Below, piece after piece: positions 20,518 to 30,622 of a stretch of 64,000 bases of DNA. Under the pieces are notes generated by a model. The model did no database searches, was not told the DNA's origin, and saw nothing but the letters and a program-made list of their open reading frames with translations. This DNA is from Thermodesulfobacteriota bacterium (lineage in GTDB: Bacteria; Desulfobacterota_D; UBA1144; Nemesobacterales; Mycalebacteriaceae). Positions within the stretch are counted from its first letter, which is position 1. The number at the start of each line of letters is the position of its first letter. The position numbers and the translations under genes were made by a program. The stretch is taken from NCBI GenBank assembly GCA_965198945.1, contig CBDAQI010000001.1:224001-288000 (forward strand). The letters are read 5' to 3'.

Positions 20518-21221
20518 AAACAATCAGACCGGCTGAACATTTTGACCGCGAGAGTGCAGAAGGTTACGACCGCAGGGTTCGGTATCTGATTCCCGGCTAC
20601 GAGTCCGTTCACGACCTTTTGAGGTTTCTTCTTGAGAGCTGCATTCCTCCCGCCTCCCGGCTTCTTATTGCCGGAGCCGGCACCGGCAATGAAGCGGTTT
20701 CTCTGGCTTGTGCAAATCTCGGATGGAAAATAACCGGTTTTGAGCCCGCTCCTGAAATGGTCAAAATTGCCAGATCAAAGGTTCGGGAAAAGGGTCTCAC
20801 CGGAAGGGTTGTTCTGGTTGAGGGCTTTATTGATTCAGTGGATGAAAAACCGCTTTTTGACGCGGCAACCTCAATACTGGTCATGCATTTTCTTGCAGAT
20901 GACGGTTCAAAAGACGAATTTGCCCGTGAAATTTCAAAGCGACTGAAGCCGGGAGGAAAATTTGTTCTCGCAGACCTTGAGGGGGAGGCCGCTTCTCCTC
21001 GTTTCAAAATGTTGATTTCCGCCTGGAAACTGCGCCTTCTTTCCGTCTTTGACGACGCTGAAAAAGTTGAGAAAACTTTTGACAACATAATGAAAAAGGT
21101 TGTTTTTTCCCCCGAAGGAAGAATAAGGGAAATACTTCACAACGCCGGTTTTGAAACGGCTGAGAAGTTTTTTCAAAGCTATCTTACGGGCGGTTACATT
21201 GCCGCCAAACCCGAAAATTGA
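20514..21221 (+). CDS. Class I SAM-dependent methyltransferase
   Basis: IPGY, LIAGAGTG.E, FDAAT.ILVMHF, LKPGG. Confidence 0.88.
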   Translation: MKTIRPAEHFDRESAEGYDRRVRYLIPGYESVHDLLRFLLESCIPPASRLLIAGAGTGNEAVSLACANLGWKITGFEPAPEMVKIARSKVREKGLTGRVVLVEGFIDSVDEKPLFDAATSILVMHFLADDGSKDEFAREISKRLKPGGKFVLADLEGEAASPRFKMLISAWKLRLLSVFDDAEKVEKTFDNIMKKVVFSPEGRIREILHNAGFETAEKFFQSYLTGGYIAAKPEN

Positions 21222-21234
21222 GTATCCTTTCATA

Positions 21235-21729
21235 ATGAGCGGTTTATCTCCCGAACAAAAACTGGAAAAAATGGGTGTCAGTCTTCCGGCCTCTCCAAGC
21301 CCGGCAGGTTCTTATCTACCATGCGTTCGTTCGGGCAATCTTGTTTTTGTTTCGGGGCAGCTTCCTTTGAAAGGCGGAAAACTTCTGTTTAAGGGAAGAG
21401 TGGGTGACGAATTGACCGTTGAGAGCGCAAATGAGTGCGCACGCCTTGCGGCGCTGAATGTCCTGGCGGTTTTGAGAGATGCCGGGGGCGGAAGTCTCAA
21501 TGCGGTTCGCAAAATAGTAAAAATTACGGGATATGTGGCTTCCGCTGAAAACTTTACATGTCAGGCCGATGTTGTGAACGGCGCATCAGATTTCTTCGCG
21601 GAGGTTTTCGGAGAAAAGGGAATGCACTCAAGGGCGGCGGTTGGCGCCGTACAGCTTCCGCTCGGCGCTCCGGTTGAGATTGAAGTCATAGCGGAAATGG
21701 CATCGGAACAGAACCCGCCTGTGGAATGA
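21235..21729 (+). CDS. RidA/YjgF family protein
   Basis: PAGSY, VSGQLP, NGASD, HSRAAVG..LP.GAPVEIE. Confidence 0.92.
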   Translation: MSGLSPEQKLEKMGVSLPASPSPAGSYLPCVRSGNLVFVSGQLPLKGGKLLFKGRVGDELTVESANECARLAALNVLAVLRDAGGGSLNAVRKIVKITGYVASAENFTCQADVVNGASDFFAEVFGEKGMHSRAAVGAVQLPLGAPVEIEVIAEMASEQNPPVE

Positions 21730-22523
21730 AGAGAAAAGTCTCTATCTGGACAGACTGCCTTCCGGTTTCGCTTGATGTTTTTGAGGTCGCGGATTTTCTG
21801 CGGGATTTCGGTTTTGACGCACGAATACGGGGCGGTTTGTTTGAAGCGAAAGGTGGCAACAATACGCTCGCCGCTTTTCTTGCCGGCATAAGGATACAAG
21901 ATTTTGAAACACCGCTTGACCGTCCCGCCACTCCGTCACGGGAGAATGTTGACGAGGAGGTTTCAGATCTTCGGACGGGTGAGACCATTGCCGAACATGC
22001 CTATGACGGTTTCTGGTTTCAGAGGAAACTGCACACGGAAATTGCCTCTTTCCACTCTCCGGACACGCTGGCAAATCTGGTTCTTACGGGGCGGCTTGTC
22101 TGCACTTACGGGCGGAAAAGATATCATGCAAGAGTGGTTCTGATGGGGGCTATGCGGTCCGCCGTTCAGATTGTTTCCACCGCGGGTGTGGTTGAAGGGC
22201 CCGCCAGACCGCCCGAATATTACTGGGCAAAAGGGCGTATTTTTCAGCGGGGGCTCACCGGTGATGAGCTCAGAGACGCTCTTTCAGTTCTTGACGATAC
22301 ATTCAAAGGCAGGTTTGTTGAGCAGTCCGACCCTCTGATGGGGCGCATAGTTTCCGCCTATTGTCTGCAACCTCTTCTTTATGTTATTGGGGGAAGGGTG
22401 TTTTGCGAAGACCCCGGTTGTTGTCTTTTTAATTCACACCGGCAGTCCGAGGTGTTGAAAGCCCAGGCGCAAGGGGCTGTTTGCGAACAATGCTCCGGGA
22501 TGTTGAGCGGGGCGGGGGGTTGA
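21726..22523 (+). CDS. Putative metallopeptidase-like protein (DUF6775-like)
   Basis: YDGF, RYHAR, STAGVVEGPARP.EYY, FCEDPGCCLFNSHRQ...C. Confidence 0.65.
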   Translation: MKRKVSIWTDCLPVSLDVFEVADFLRDFGFDARIRGGLFEAKGGNNTLAAFLAGIRIQDFETPLDRPATPSRENVDEEVSDLRTGETIAEHAYDGFWFQRKLHTEIASFHSPDTLANLVLTGRLVCTYGRKRYHARVVLMGAMRSAVQIVSTAGVVEGPARPPEYYWAKGRIFQRGLTGDELRDALSVLDDTFKGRFVEQSDPLMGRIVSAYCLQPLLYVIGGRVFCEDPGCCLFNSHRQSEVLKAQAQGAVCEQCSGMLSGAGG

Positions 22524-22573
22524 ACCGGGAATCACGGGCGGGTTTTGTTTTTCCGCTTTGTTGCGCCGGTTCC

Positions 22574-23392
22574 TTATCCTTCCATTTTTCTGAGAGTTTC
22601 TATTGCAACTCTTGCCGCCTTCTTTCCTGAAAGCAGCATGCCGCCGAAAGTGGGCCCCATTCTGGGCAGTCCATATGTGGTGTTAACGGACATTCCGCAC
22701 GCTATCAGTCCCGGGTGAACCTCTCCCGTGTATTCCACAAGGGCGTCTTCGGCTTTCTCCACCCACATTGACCCGTGTCCCGGAAGTTTTTTGTATAGTC
22801 CCTGCTGTGACAGGCGTGAAACCGCATATGCGTCATGGCCGGTCGCGTCTATGACGAGTTTTGACTCTATGGATATGGGGTCAAGACAGGTTATTTCCTT
22901 CGGCACATTGGCTATCGGAGTCCAGTTGATGACGATTCCCGCAACCCGGCCGTCTTCTCTCAAGACCAGATCGTCAAACATCGTCATGTTTCTTATGGTC
23001 GCTCCGGCCTCACAGGTCATTGAAATGAGTTTTGAGCACGCGTAAGGCGCGTCAACTATAAAGTGCCCTTCGGATATTTCCTGATAAGGAACCTCAATTT
23101 CATCCAGAACCGTTTGTCCGGGGGCTCGCACGCTTGCTTTGTTCATAAGGTATCCGCCTATCCAGAAACCGCCGCCCAGAGAGTTCAAGCGCTCAACAAG
23201 CAGAACTTTATATTTGGCAAGCGCTATGTCTTTTGCGGCGACAAGACCGCTCGGCCCCGCGCCTACTACAATCACATCACTTTCCGTGTATTCAAGAAAT
23301 TCACGGGAAAAACTTTCAACAATTCCCCTTGTAACCTCTTTTTCTCCAACCGGAGCAAACTTCACTTTTCCGTTTTTGTCATTCTGTGCCAT
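22574..23392 (-). CDS. thi4: Thiazole synthase Thi4 (Cys-type)
   Basis: GAGPSG, GGGFW.GG, TCLDP, DATGHD, RMGPTFGGMLLSG. Confidence 0.93.
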   Translation of the reverse strand: MAQNDKNGKVKFAPVGEKEVTRGIVESFSREFLEYTESDVIVVGAGPSGLVAAKDIALAKYKVLLVERLNSLGGGFWIGGYLMNKASVRAPGQTVLDEIEVPYQEISEGHFIVDAPYACSKLISMTCEAGATIRNMTMFDDLVLREDGRVAGIVINWTPIANVPKEITCLDPISIESKLVIDATGHDAYAVSRLSQQGLYKKLPGHGSMWVEKAEDALVEYTGEVHPGLIACGMSVNTTYGLPRMGPTFGGMLLSGKKAARVAIETLRKMEG

Positions 23393-24002
23393 CTTTTACA
23401 GTTTTCTCCTTGTTCTCTTCAGGTTCGGCCGGTTCCTCAGATTCGGCCTCCGTTTCGTTTTCCCCTTCGCCCGCCGCAACATTTTCCGCCGCTTCGGCCG
23501 TTTCCTCAGGTGCCTCCGCCGCGGCAACCTCCTGCGCTTCTTTTTCTTCCTCGTCTTCCTCGGCAGTAATCTGCACAACTATGGAAGTTTTTATTTGCGC
23601 CTTGACCCTTATGGGCACATCAAATCTGCCGACGGATTTGATATTTTTTTCAAGCAGGATGTTTTTCTTTTCTATTTCAATTCCGTGCTGTTCTTTAAGG
23701 GCTTCCTCTATGGTGTTAACGTTTACCGAGCCGAACATCTTTTGTCCCTGGCTCAGTTTTGTTTCTATTGATATGACCGTTCCTTCAATTTTGTCCGCAA
23801 ATGCCTGAGCATCCGCAATGGTTTTCTCACGTTTCTCTTTAAGGGCTTCAAGCTTTTTCTCCCAGTCCCTCAAATTTGACCGGGTTGCCTCTATGGCGAG
23901 CTTCTGCGGAAAGAGGTAGTTTCTCGCGAGACCCTTTCTGACGGTCTTTATCTCACCGGCAAGTCCTATGTTGTCCACATCAGATGTCAGTATGACTCTC
24001 AT
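23379..24002 (-). CDS. rplI: 50S ribosomal protein L9 with acidic tail
   Basis: MRVIL..DV, G.ARNYLFPQ.LA, FGSV. Confidence 0.96.
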   Translation of the reverse strand: MRVILTSDVDNIGLAGEIKTVRKGLARNYLFPQKLAIEATRSNLRDWEKKLEALKEKREKTIADAQAFADKIEGTVISIETKLSQGQKMFGSVNVNTIEEALKEQHGIEIEKKNILLEKNIKSVGRFDVPIRVKAQIKTSIVVQITAEEDEEEKEAQEVAAAEAPEETAEAAENVAAGEGENETEAESEEPAEPEENKEKTVKDGTE

Positions 24003-24013
24003 TTTCTACGCCT

Positions 24014-24259
24014 CTACTTATGAAGTGTCGTGTAGGGAAGAAGCGCCATAAAACGCGCCCGCTTAATCGCGGTCGCCACTCTTCTCTGTTCTTTAGCGTT
24101 CAAACCCGTTCCCCTTTTGGATATTATCTTTTTTCTTTCGGTTATGAATTGGGAGAGGAGCTCCGTGTCCTTATAATCAATCCGCTTTCCCTCTTTGGCA
24201 AGATTGCGCGCTTTTCTTCCTTTTCTTCTGTTAGGTCTTCTCTGGGTGTGGCTCCTCAT
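24014..24259 (-). CDS. rpsR: 30S ribosomal protein S18 (no Zn-binding cysteines)
   Basis: [27 protein letters not shown]. Confidence 0.97.
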   Translation of the reverse strand: MRSHTQRRPNRRKGRKARNLAKEGKRIDYKDTELLSQFITERKKIISKRGTGLNAKEQRRVATAIKRARFMALLPYTTLHK

Positions 24260-24750
24260 TTTCCTTCCTCTCCTTTGTTCTCAGTTGACCGGGTCGGTGG
24301 TTCGGAAACCGCTCCGCTTTGTGCCGCCGGAGCCTCTGTCGCTCTGGGCGCCTCGTCCGCCCTCCGGCTTTGTCTTTCTTCCCCGGTTTTTTCTTTCAGA
24401 CGCTGCTCCGGGACGGGGGGTTTTTCCGGTTCTCTGCCGTGAGCCTGATCCTCATCCACCGAAACCGTTATAAACCTCATCACTTCACTTTTGTGAAAGC
24501 CCAGATGTTTTTCAACGGCCGCGACAACGCCGGGAAGAGCTTTGTATGTAAGAATATGGTATAAACCGCGCCTGTAACCTTCTATTTCGTAGGCAAGAGC
24601 GCGTTCATCCCATTTTTCATCCCTTATGGTCTGCCCGCTGTTTTCTTTCAGAGCGCCGGCAATTTTATCCCGTATAACGCCAAGCTCATCGCTTCCGATA
24701 TCGGGTCTCACCAGATAGAGAGTCTCGTAAAATCTAAGTTTGTCAGTCAA
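24256..24750 (-). CDS. rpsF: 30S ribosomal protein S6
   Basis: YET.Y.VRPD, W..R.LAY.I, V.RF; TTG start after GGAGG. Confidence 0.93.
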   Translation of the reverse strand: MTDKLRFYETLYLVRPDIGSDELGVIRDKIAGALKENSGQTIRDEKWDERALAYEIEGYRRGLYHILTYKALPGVVAAVEKHLGFHKSEVMRFITVSVDEDQAHGREPEKPPVPEQRLKEKTGEERQSRRADEAPRATEAPAAQSGAVSEPPTRSTENKGEEGK

Positions 24751-24829
24751 CTGCTTCCTCCTGCTTCGGTCTTGCGCCCGCTTTGCTCACCGTCTCCTGC
24801 GGGAACAGGCAAGAAGGCCTGTGGGGCGG
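24751..24829 (-). promoter_or_regulatory. rpsF 5' leader, S6:S18-binding RNA-like
   Basis: TGnTATAAT upstream; CUUCUUGC pairs with GCAGGAGG (the SD); CCG just 5' of the SD. Confidence 0.55.
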
Positions 24830-24865
24830 ATTATAACATATAAACCGTCCTTTCAAAATCCGCTG

Positions 24866-26944
24866 TCAAAGCATAAGCGGAGCGATGACGAGCGAGACTA
24901 TGGACATAAGTTTTATCAGTATGTTCATTGCAGGTCCCGAAGTGTCTTTGAACGGGTCTCCTATGGTGTCTCCGACAACCGCGGCTTTGTGCGCTTCGGA
25001 GCCCTTGCCTCCGAGATTGCCCTCTTCTATGTATTTTTTCGCGTTGTCCCAGGCTCCTCCGGAATTTGCCATAAGCAAGGCCAGCATAACGCCGGTTACG
25101 ACCGCCCCCGCGAGAAATCCGCCGAGAGCTTCCTTGCCGAGGGCAAGGCCTATCGCTATTGGCGCTATCACCGCCACAACGCTCGGAACAATCATTTCAC
25201 GCAAAGAGGCGTCCGTGCTGATGCCGACGCATGTGGAGTAGTCCGGTTTTGTTTTTCCCTCAAGAATTCCCTTAATTTCCCGGAACTGTCTCCTCACTTC
25301 CTCAACCATTTTCTGCGCCGATCTTCCTACGGCTCCCATTGTGAGAGCGCCTATTATGAAAGGCATTGTTCCGCCTACAAGCATTCCTATTACAACTTTC
25401 GGCTGTGAAATGTCTATGGATGAAAGACCGACCGCATTGACATATGCGGCAAAAAGCGCCAGAGCAGACAGTGCCGCCGACCCGATGGCAAAGCCTTTTC
25501 CGATTGCGGCCGTTGTGTTTCCGAGTGAGTCAAGCTTGTCCGTTATTTTTCTCACGTTTTCACCGAGTCCGCCCATTTCCGCAATGCCTCCGGCGTTGTC
25601 CGCAACCGGTCCGTAGGCGTCCACCGACATTGTCATGCCGATTGTTGCAAGCATGCTGACCGCCGCGATCCCTATTCCGTAAAGCCCGGCGCAGTAATAG
25701 GAAAGCCCTATTACAATTGCTATTGTAAAAACAGGCGCCGCCACGCTATACATCCCAACCGCCAGTCCCTCAATGATGTTGGTAGCCACTCCCGTTTCTG
25801 ACGCTTCGGCGATTTTTTTCACCGGTGAAGCCGAAGTGTAATACTCCGTTATGCGTCCTATGATAACGCCTGAGAAAAGACCCAGAACCGAGGCGAGGAA
25901 AATACCGATCGCGCTCAAAACCACGAAACCGTCTCCGCCGGAAAAACCGTGCAGACCGCTTTTGTCCAGCTGCGTGTTTGCCGCGAGAAGAAGCAGCCCG
26001 GCAAGCGAAAGAACAATGTATACGACACCCGCTATGATGGTTGACCAGCGCAGTACCAGTTGCGGCTCAGAGTTTTTGAGCCATCCCACCGACTGTGCTC
26101 CGACCAGAGATGCCAGGCTTCCCGCCAATATGAGACCCAGAGGAACGGCCATCAAAACGGATGAATCCACCAGCGCTCCGCCGCGGGAAACAAATGTTGC
26201 GGAAGCCGCTATGACAACCGTTGCGATAACGGCTCCAACATATGATTCAAAAAGATCCGCTCCCATTCCGGCGACATCTCCGACATTGTCTCCGACATTG
26301 TCCGCTATTGTCGCGGGATTTCTGGGGTCATCTTCAGGAATGCCCGCCTCAACTTTTCCAACGAGGTCCGCTCCCACATCCGCGGCTTTTGTATAGATGC
26401 CGCCTCCGATTCTGGCAAAAAGGGCCACAGTGCTGGCTCCCATTGCAAAACCGCCTATTATTTCCGCAAAAATATAATTTTCCATTGTTCCGAGAACAAT
26501 GAAACTGATTGAAAGCCCCAGCAGCCCGAGCCCCGCGACCGAAAGCCCCATAACATTTCCGCCTTTGAATGCGGCTTCAAGGGCTTTTGACTGTCCGCCG
26601 TTTGCCGCCGCCTGCGCGGTTCTTACATTGGCTTTTGTTGCGGACTGCATTCCGAAAAATCCGGCAAGCACGGAACACAACGCCCCTCCGACATATGCAA
26701 GCCCCGTTTCCCACCCTATCCAGTAGCTGATAAAAGCGAAAACCGCCACAACAAATACAAAAATAATTCTGTATTCTCTTTTAAGAAACACCATTGCCCC
26801 TTCATGGATGGCTTCGGATATTTCCTTCATCTTGTCGCTTCCGACCGGCAGTGCGTTCAGGCCCCGATAGACAATGTAGGCGTAGAGCAAAACAATCACT
26901 CCCACCACTGCTCCGGCAATTCCAGCCGTGTATGTATCAAACAT
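24866..26944 (-). CDS. hppA: Membrane ion-translocating pyrophosphatase, K+-dependent type
   Basis: [34 protein letters not shown] (Ala marks K+-dependence), [10 protein letters not shown]. Confidence 0.96.
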   Translation of the reverse strand: MFDTYTAGIAGAVVGVIVLLYAYIVYRGLNALPVGSDKMKEISEAIHEGAMVFLKREYRIIFVFVVAVFAFISYWIGWETGLAYVGGALCSVLAGFFGMQSATKANVRTAQAAANGGQSKALEAAFKGGNVMGLSVAGLGLLGLSISFIVLGTMENYIFAEIIGGFAMGASTVALFARIGGGIYTKAADVGADLVGKVEAGIPEDDPRNPATIADNVGDNVGDVAGMGADLFESYVGAVIATVVIAASATFVSRGGALVDSSVLMAVPLGLILAGSLASLVGAQSVGWLKNSEPQLVLRWSTIIAGVVYIVLSLAGLLLLAANTQLDKSGLHGFSGGDGFVVLSAIGIFLASVLGLFSGVIIGRITEYYTSASPVKKIAEASETGVATNIIEGLAVGMYSVAAPVFTIAIVIGLSYYCAGLYGIGIAAVSMLATIGMTMSVDAYGPVADNAGGIAEMGGLGENVRKITDKLDSLGNTTAAIGKGFAIGSAALSALALFAAYVNAVGLSSIDISQPKVVIGMLVGGTMPFIIGALTMGAVGRSAQKMVEEVRRQFREIKGILEGKTKPDYSTCVGISTDASLREMIVPSVVAVIAPIAIGLALGKEALGGFLAGAVVTGVMLALLMANSGGAWDNAKKYIEEGNLGGKGSEAHKAAVVGDTIGDPFKDTSGPAMNILIKLMSIVSLVIAPLML

Positions 26945-26985
26945 TATTTTCTCCTCCGTTGATTTTCTGTTTTTTCAAATTTGTT

Positions 26986-27561
26986 TCAAGTTCGGTTGTA
27001 TTTGTTCATTGCGGCTTCGGCGCCGGATGAAACGACTTCGCAAACCGCTTCCGTAGCTCTCTCTACGGAACCCATAACGGCGTTCATTTCTTCATCACGG
27101 AAGTCCTCAAGAACATATACGGCGGTTTCAACTCCGGTTTTTGATTTGCCAACACCTATTCTCAGTCTTATGAAATCATTTCCCAGTCTGTTAATCAGAG
27201 ATTTGACTCCGTTGTGTCCCGCGCTGCCGCCGCCCAATTTTACTTGGATGCGTCCCACGGGCAAATCCACTTCGTCATGCGCCACCACCAGATTTTCTTT
27301 GCCGATGCCGTGAAATTGCATTATCCGCCTCACAGGCTCTCCACTGTTGTTCATGTAGGTTTCGGGTTTGAAGACAATCATTTTTACGCCCTCGAGAAAA
27401 CCGCTTCCGTAACTTCCCCCGAAACCCTTCCTTGAAATTTCAATTCCGATTCTTTCCGCAACTTTTTCAACCGCCATAAAGCCGACATTGTGTCTGTTCC
27501 GTTTGTAGCGCAATCCGGGATTGCCGAGACCAGCTATGAGAAAAGCCACGGTTTTTCTCAT
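26986..27561 (-). CDS. pth: Peptidyl-tRNA hydrolase
   Basis: GLGNPG..Y..NRHNVGF, KP.TYMN.SG, HD, GHNG. Confidence 0.96.
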   Translation of the reverse strand: MRKTVAFLIAGLGNPGLRYKRNRHNVGFMAVEKVAERIGIEISRKGFGGSYGSGFLEGVKMIVFKPETYMNNSGEPVRRIMQFHGIGKENLVVAHDEVDLPVGRIQVKLGGGSAGHNGVKSLINRLGNDFIRLRIGVGKSKTGVETAVYVLEDFRDEEMNAVMGSVERATEAVCEVVSSGAEAAMNKYNRT

Positions 27562-27580
27562 AGCTGGTTTTTTCTCCGTC

Positions 27581-28252
27581 TTAATTGCCGGAGCTTTCCT
27601 CCGTGGTTTCCTGTGTCTCTCCCGAACTTTCCTCCGTTTCCGCATCTTCCTTCGTCTCCGCGGTTTGCTGCGCCGCTTCGGAGATTGCGGCTCTGGGCGC
27701 TATAACCATTACAACTGTGTCTTTCGGGTTGTTCAGGATTTGGATATTCTCAGCCGGGGTTATGTCTCTTACATGCAGAGAGTCCCCCACGCCCAGTTCA
27801 GTTATGTCCACTTCAATTCTGCCCGGTATGTTTTCGGGAAGGCATTTGATTTTGAAATTTCTTTCAGTGGCCTCAAGTATTCCGCCTTCTTTGATGCCGC
27901 GTGATGTTCCGACAAATTCTATGGGAACATCAACTTTGAGTGCGCTGTTCGGGTCTATGGACTGAAAGTCAAGGTGTTTTGTTTTGCCGGATACGGGGTC
28001 TTTCTGGACATCTTTGAGAATTGAGAGAGCAGGGCTGGTGTCGGAATTTTCAATATTGATTTCAAGCAGCGTGTTTCTGTAGGATTCGGTTGCCAGCGCT
28101 TTTTTCAAATCCTCCGGCGCGACCTCAATTGACAATGAGTCAATTCCCTTTCCGTAGATAACGCCCGGAATCATCTTGTCTTTTCTGACTTTGGCTACAC
28201 CGATTTTTCCGGTTCGTTCCCTTTTTCTGACGATCAAACTGCTTTTTTCCAT
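27581..28252 (-). CDS. rplY: 50S ribosomal protein L25/Ctc
   Basis: IPGVIYG, HLDF, G.KEGG.L; prs-rplY-pth synteny. Confidence 0.95.
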   Translation of the reverse strand: MEKSSLIVRKRERTGKIGVAKVRKDKMIPGVIYGKGIDSLSIEVAPEDLKKALATESYRNTLLEINIENSDTSPALSILKDVQKDPVSGKTKHLDFQSIDPNSALKVDVPIEFVGTSRGIKEGGILEATERNFKIKCLPENIPGRIEVDITELGVGDSLHVRDITPAENIQILNNPKDTVVMVIAPRAAISEAAQQTAETKEDAETEESSGETQETTEESSGN

Positions 28253-28292
28253 TTTAGGTTTCCTCTGTAAGCGGAGCTATATGCGTACTGAA

Positions 28293-29246
28293 TCAGTTGA
28301 AAAGAGGGCTTATGGATTGTCCCGTCGCCACTCTGCGAATTGATTCTCCTATTAAGTCAGCCATGGATAAAACGGTCAGTCTATCACACTTTTCAATTTT
28401 TTCTTCCTGCGCGATCGTATTTGTTATCACAACTTCCTCAAAACGGGATGAATTGATCCTTTCAATCGCAGGGCCGGAAAGAACTCCGTGTGTGCAGCAT
28501 AGGGAAACGCTTTTCGCACCCTCGCTGATGAGAACATCCGCCGCCTGCGTTGCCGTTCCGGCGGTGTCAACCATATCGTCCACTATAATTGCGTGCTTTC
28601 CTTTTACATCTCCTATGATGTAATCCACATCAGCCACATTCGGCGCGGTTCTTTTTTTCGTGGTCATTGCGATTTCCAAATGCATCTTGTCGGCGTAAAA
28701 CCGGGCTCTTTCCATTCCCCCCGCATCCGGAGAAACAACAATGGCATTTTCGCCTTCATATTTTTTCTTCAAATATCCTATTATTACGGGAGCCGCGTAG
28801 AGGTGGTCAACAGGGACATCAAAGAACCCCTGTATCTGCCCCGCGTGAAGATCAATTGTCATCACACGTTTTGCTCCGGCGTTGACCACTGTGTCGGCTA
28901 TAAGTTTCGCTGATATTGGCCCGCGCGGTTTGACTTTTCTGTCCTGCCGCGAATAGCCGTAATAGGGCATAACCGCTGTTATTGAAGCCGCCGAAGCGCG
29001 TTTGAGGGCGTCAGTGATTATAAGCAGCTCCATAATGTTTTCATTTACCGGGGGGCAGGTTGACTGGACTACAAAAACGTTTGCTCCTCGTACGCTTTCC
29101 ACAATCTCGGCGTATATTTCGCCGTCGCTGAATCTGTGCAGATTTATTTTTCCCGGCCGGACGCCTATTTTCTCACAAATTGACTCAAAAAGCGGGATGT
29201 TGGAACTTCCGCCAAACACCTTTACCGTTTCATCTAAATCGGACAC
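28293..29246 (-). CDS. prs: Ribose-phosphate pyrophosphokinase
   Basis: RFSDGE, PYYGYSRQDRK, DLHAGQIQGFF, VSPDAGG, DDMVDTAGT. Confidence 0.98.
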   Translation of the reverse strand: MSDLDETVKVFGGSSNIPLFESICEKIGVRPGKINLHRFSDGEIYAEIVESVRGANVFVVQSTCPPVNENIMELLIITDALKRASAASITAVMPYYGYSRQDRKVKPRGPISAKLIADTVVNAGAKRVMTIDLHAGQIQGFFDVPVDHLYAAPVIIGYLKKKYEGENAIVVSPDAGGMERARFYADKMHLEIAMTTKKRTAPNVADVDYIIGDVKGKHAIIVDDMVDTAGTATQAADVLISEGAKSVSLCCTHGVLSGPAIERINSSRFEEVVITNTIAQEEKIEKCDRLTVLSMADLIGESIRRVATGQSISPLFN

Positions 29247-29277
29247 TTTGAACCCTCTTTAACACAAGACAAACCAC

Positions 29278-29300
29278 AAAAAACCCGCCCGGAGGGCAGG
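29278..29300 (-). terminator. Terminator-like hairpin upstream of prs
   Basis: CCTGCCC-TCC-GGGCGGG followed by T6 on the minus strand. Confidence 0.45.
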
Positions 29301-29367
29301 ATTACTAAATATAGACGGAAGGGGGGATTATGCAAGAAGGTTGATTTTATAATACAGTTAGATTTCA

Positions 29368-30246
29368 ATGAAGTTTTTTGCACTAGATGTTGAGACCGCA
29401 AATCCTGATTATTCCTCTATCTGCCAAATAGGGATTGCTGAGTTCCGAAAGGGTAAATTAGTAGATCAATGGAACACACTGGTTAATCCAGAAGACTATT
29501 TTGACCAATCCAATGTAGTTATAAATGGTATTAGTGAGAATGATGTAAAAGGCTCTCCAAATTTTGGTAGTGTTTATAAAGAGCTTGAGGGAAAAATAAA
29601 TAGCCAAATAGTAGTTCATCATATGCCATTTGACAGGGTTGCTGTCAATCAGGCTTGTGAAAAATATAACTTGGGAGAATTGCAAATAAGATGGCTTGAT
29701 TCTGCCAGAATTGCTAGAAGGGCTTGGAGAGAAAAGTTTGCCCGCAAAGGCTATGGACTAAAAAATGTTGCAACCTCTCTAGGAATTGAATTTCAACACC
29801 ACGACGCTCTTGAAGACGCAATTACTGCTGGGAGGATTGTCAGTCGCGCATGTTATGAAAATGGGGTGTCAATTGAAGAATGGTTTATAAGGGTAGAAAA
29901 ACGGATTTTCCCCTCTAACATTAACAGCCCGCGTTCTTCTCTGAGACTTGAAGGCAATCCGGAAGGGGATTTGTATGGAGAGAGTGTTGTATTTACCGGA
30001 GAACTTTCTCGTACAAGAACCGAGATGGCAGAAATTGCTGCTGAACTTGGTTGTGATGTTAGCAACTCGGTATCTAGGAAGACATCAATTCTTGTGTTGG
30101 GAAGTCAGAATATTGAAAGGCTATCCGGACACGACAAGAGTTCAAAGCATAGGCGGGCGGAAGAGTTGATTGCCAAAGGTGTTCCTATCAAAATTTTATC
30201 CGAGAAGGATTTCGTGGAATTTTGTAATATCCAAAATGCTGATTGA
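29368..30246 (+). CDS. DEDDh 3'-5' exonuclease (Pol III epsilon-like) fused to BRCT domain
   Basis: ALDVETAN, HHDALEDA, VFTGEL, GC.V..SVSRKT..LV.G, SSK..RA; AT-richer than flanks. Confidence 0.9.
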   Translation: MKFFALDVETANPDYSSICQIGIAEFRKGKLVDQWNTLVNPEDYFDQSNVVINGISENDVKGSPNFGSVYKELEGKINSQIVVHHMPFDRVAVNQACEKYNLGELQIRWLDSARIARRAWREKFARKGYGLKNVATSLGIEFQHHDALEDAITAGRIVSRACYENGVSIEEWFIRVEKRIFPSNINSPRSSLRLEGNPEGDLYGESVVFTGELSRTRTEMAEIAAELGCDVSNSVSRKTSILVLGSQNIERLSGHDKSSKHRRAEELIAKGVPIKILSEKDFVEFCNIQNAD

Positions 30247-30315
30247 TTTGGACATAAAAATTCCGGAGAAATATTTGAATTCAAAGAAGAAATCAAATTT
30301 TTTGGAGTAAAACAG

Positions 30316-30594
30316 ATGACCAATCAGAGACAAAAAAGCGTTTTGGAGTCAAAACAAAAAGCCAAGAGGTGGGCAGTAAGAGAAATTACAAGCAAGTGGT
30401 TTATGGGTTATAGCGAGGGGACTTTCTCTGATGACATTTGTTACGCTTATCTGTTTGAGAAAAAAGAGGAAGCCGAGAAGAAATGCCAGGTTTACGGCCA
30501 TCATGAAGTTGTTGAGGTGAATGTGACAATTGAGTCACAAATATTTATTGATAGGTGGAAAAAAATAGAGACCGAGAAGAAAACTACTTCCTGA
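30316..30594 (+). CDS. Hypothetical protein
   Basis: 92-aa ORF with GGAG RBS; no family recognised. Confidence 0.5.
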   Translation: MTNQRQKSVLESKQKAKRWAVREITSKWFMGYSEGTFSDDICYAYLFEKKEEAEKKCQVYGHHEVVEVNVTIESQIFIDRWKKIETEKKTTS

Positions 30595-30606
30595 ACTTCC
30601 CGAAAT
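30584..30606. repeat. 23-bp direct repeat, copy 1
   Basis: CTACTTCCTGAACTTCCCGAAAT, 1 mismatch to 31977-31999. Confidence 0.85.
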
Positions 30607-30622
30607 TCGTTTTTTCAAAGAG

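Noticed and set aside
29247..29367. tRNA-Gln, often found upstream of prs
   Set aside because: No cloverleaf or TTCGA arm; only a short hairpin with a T-tract
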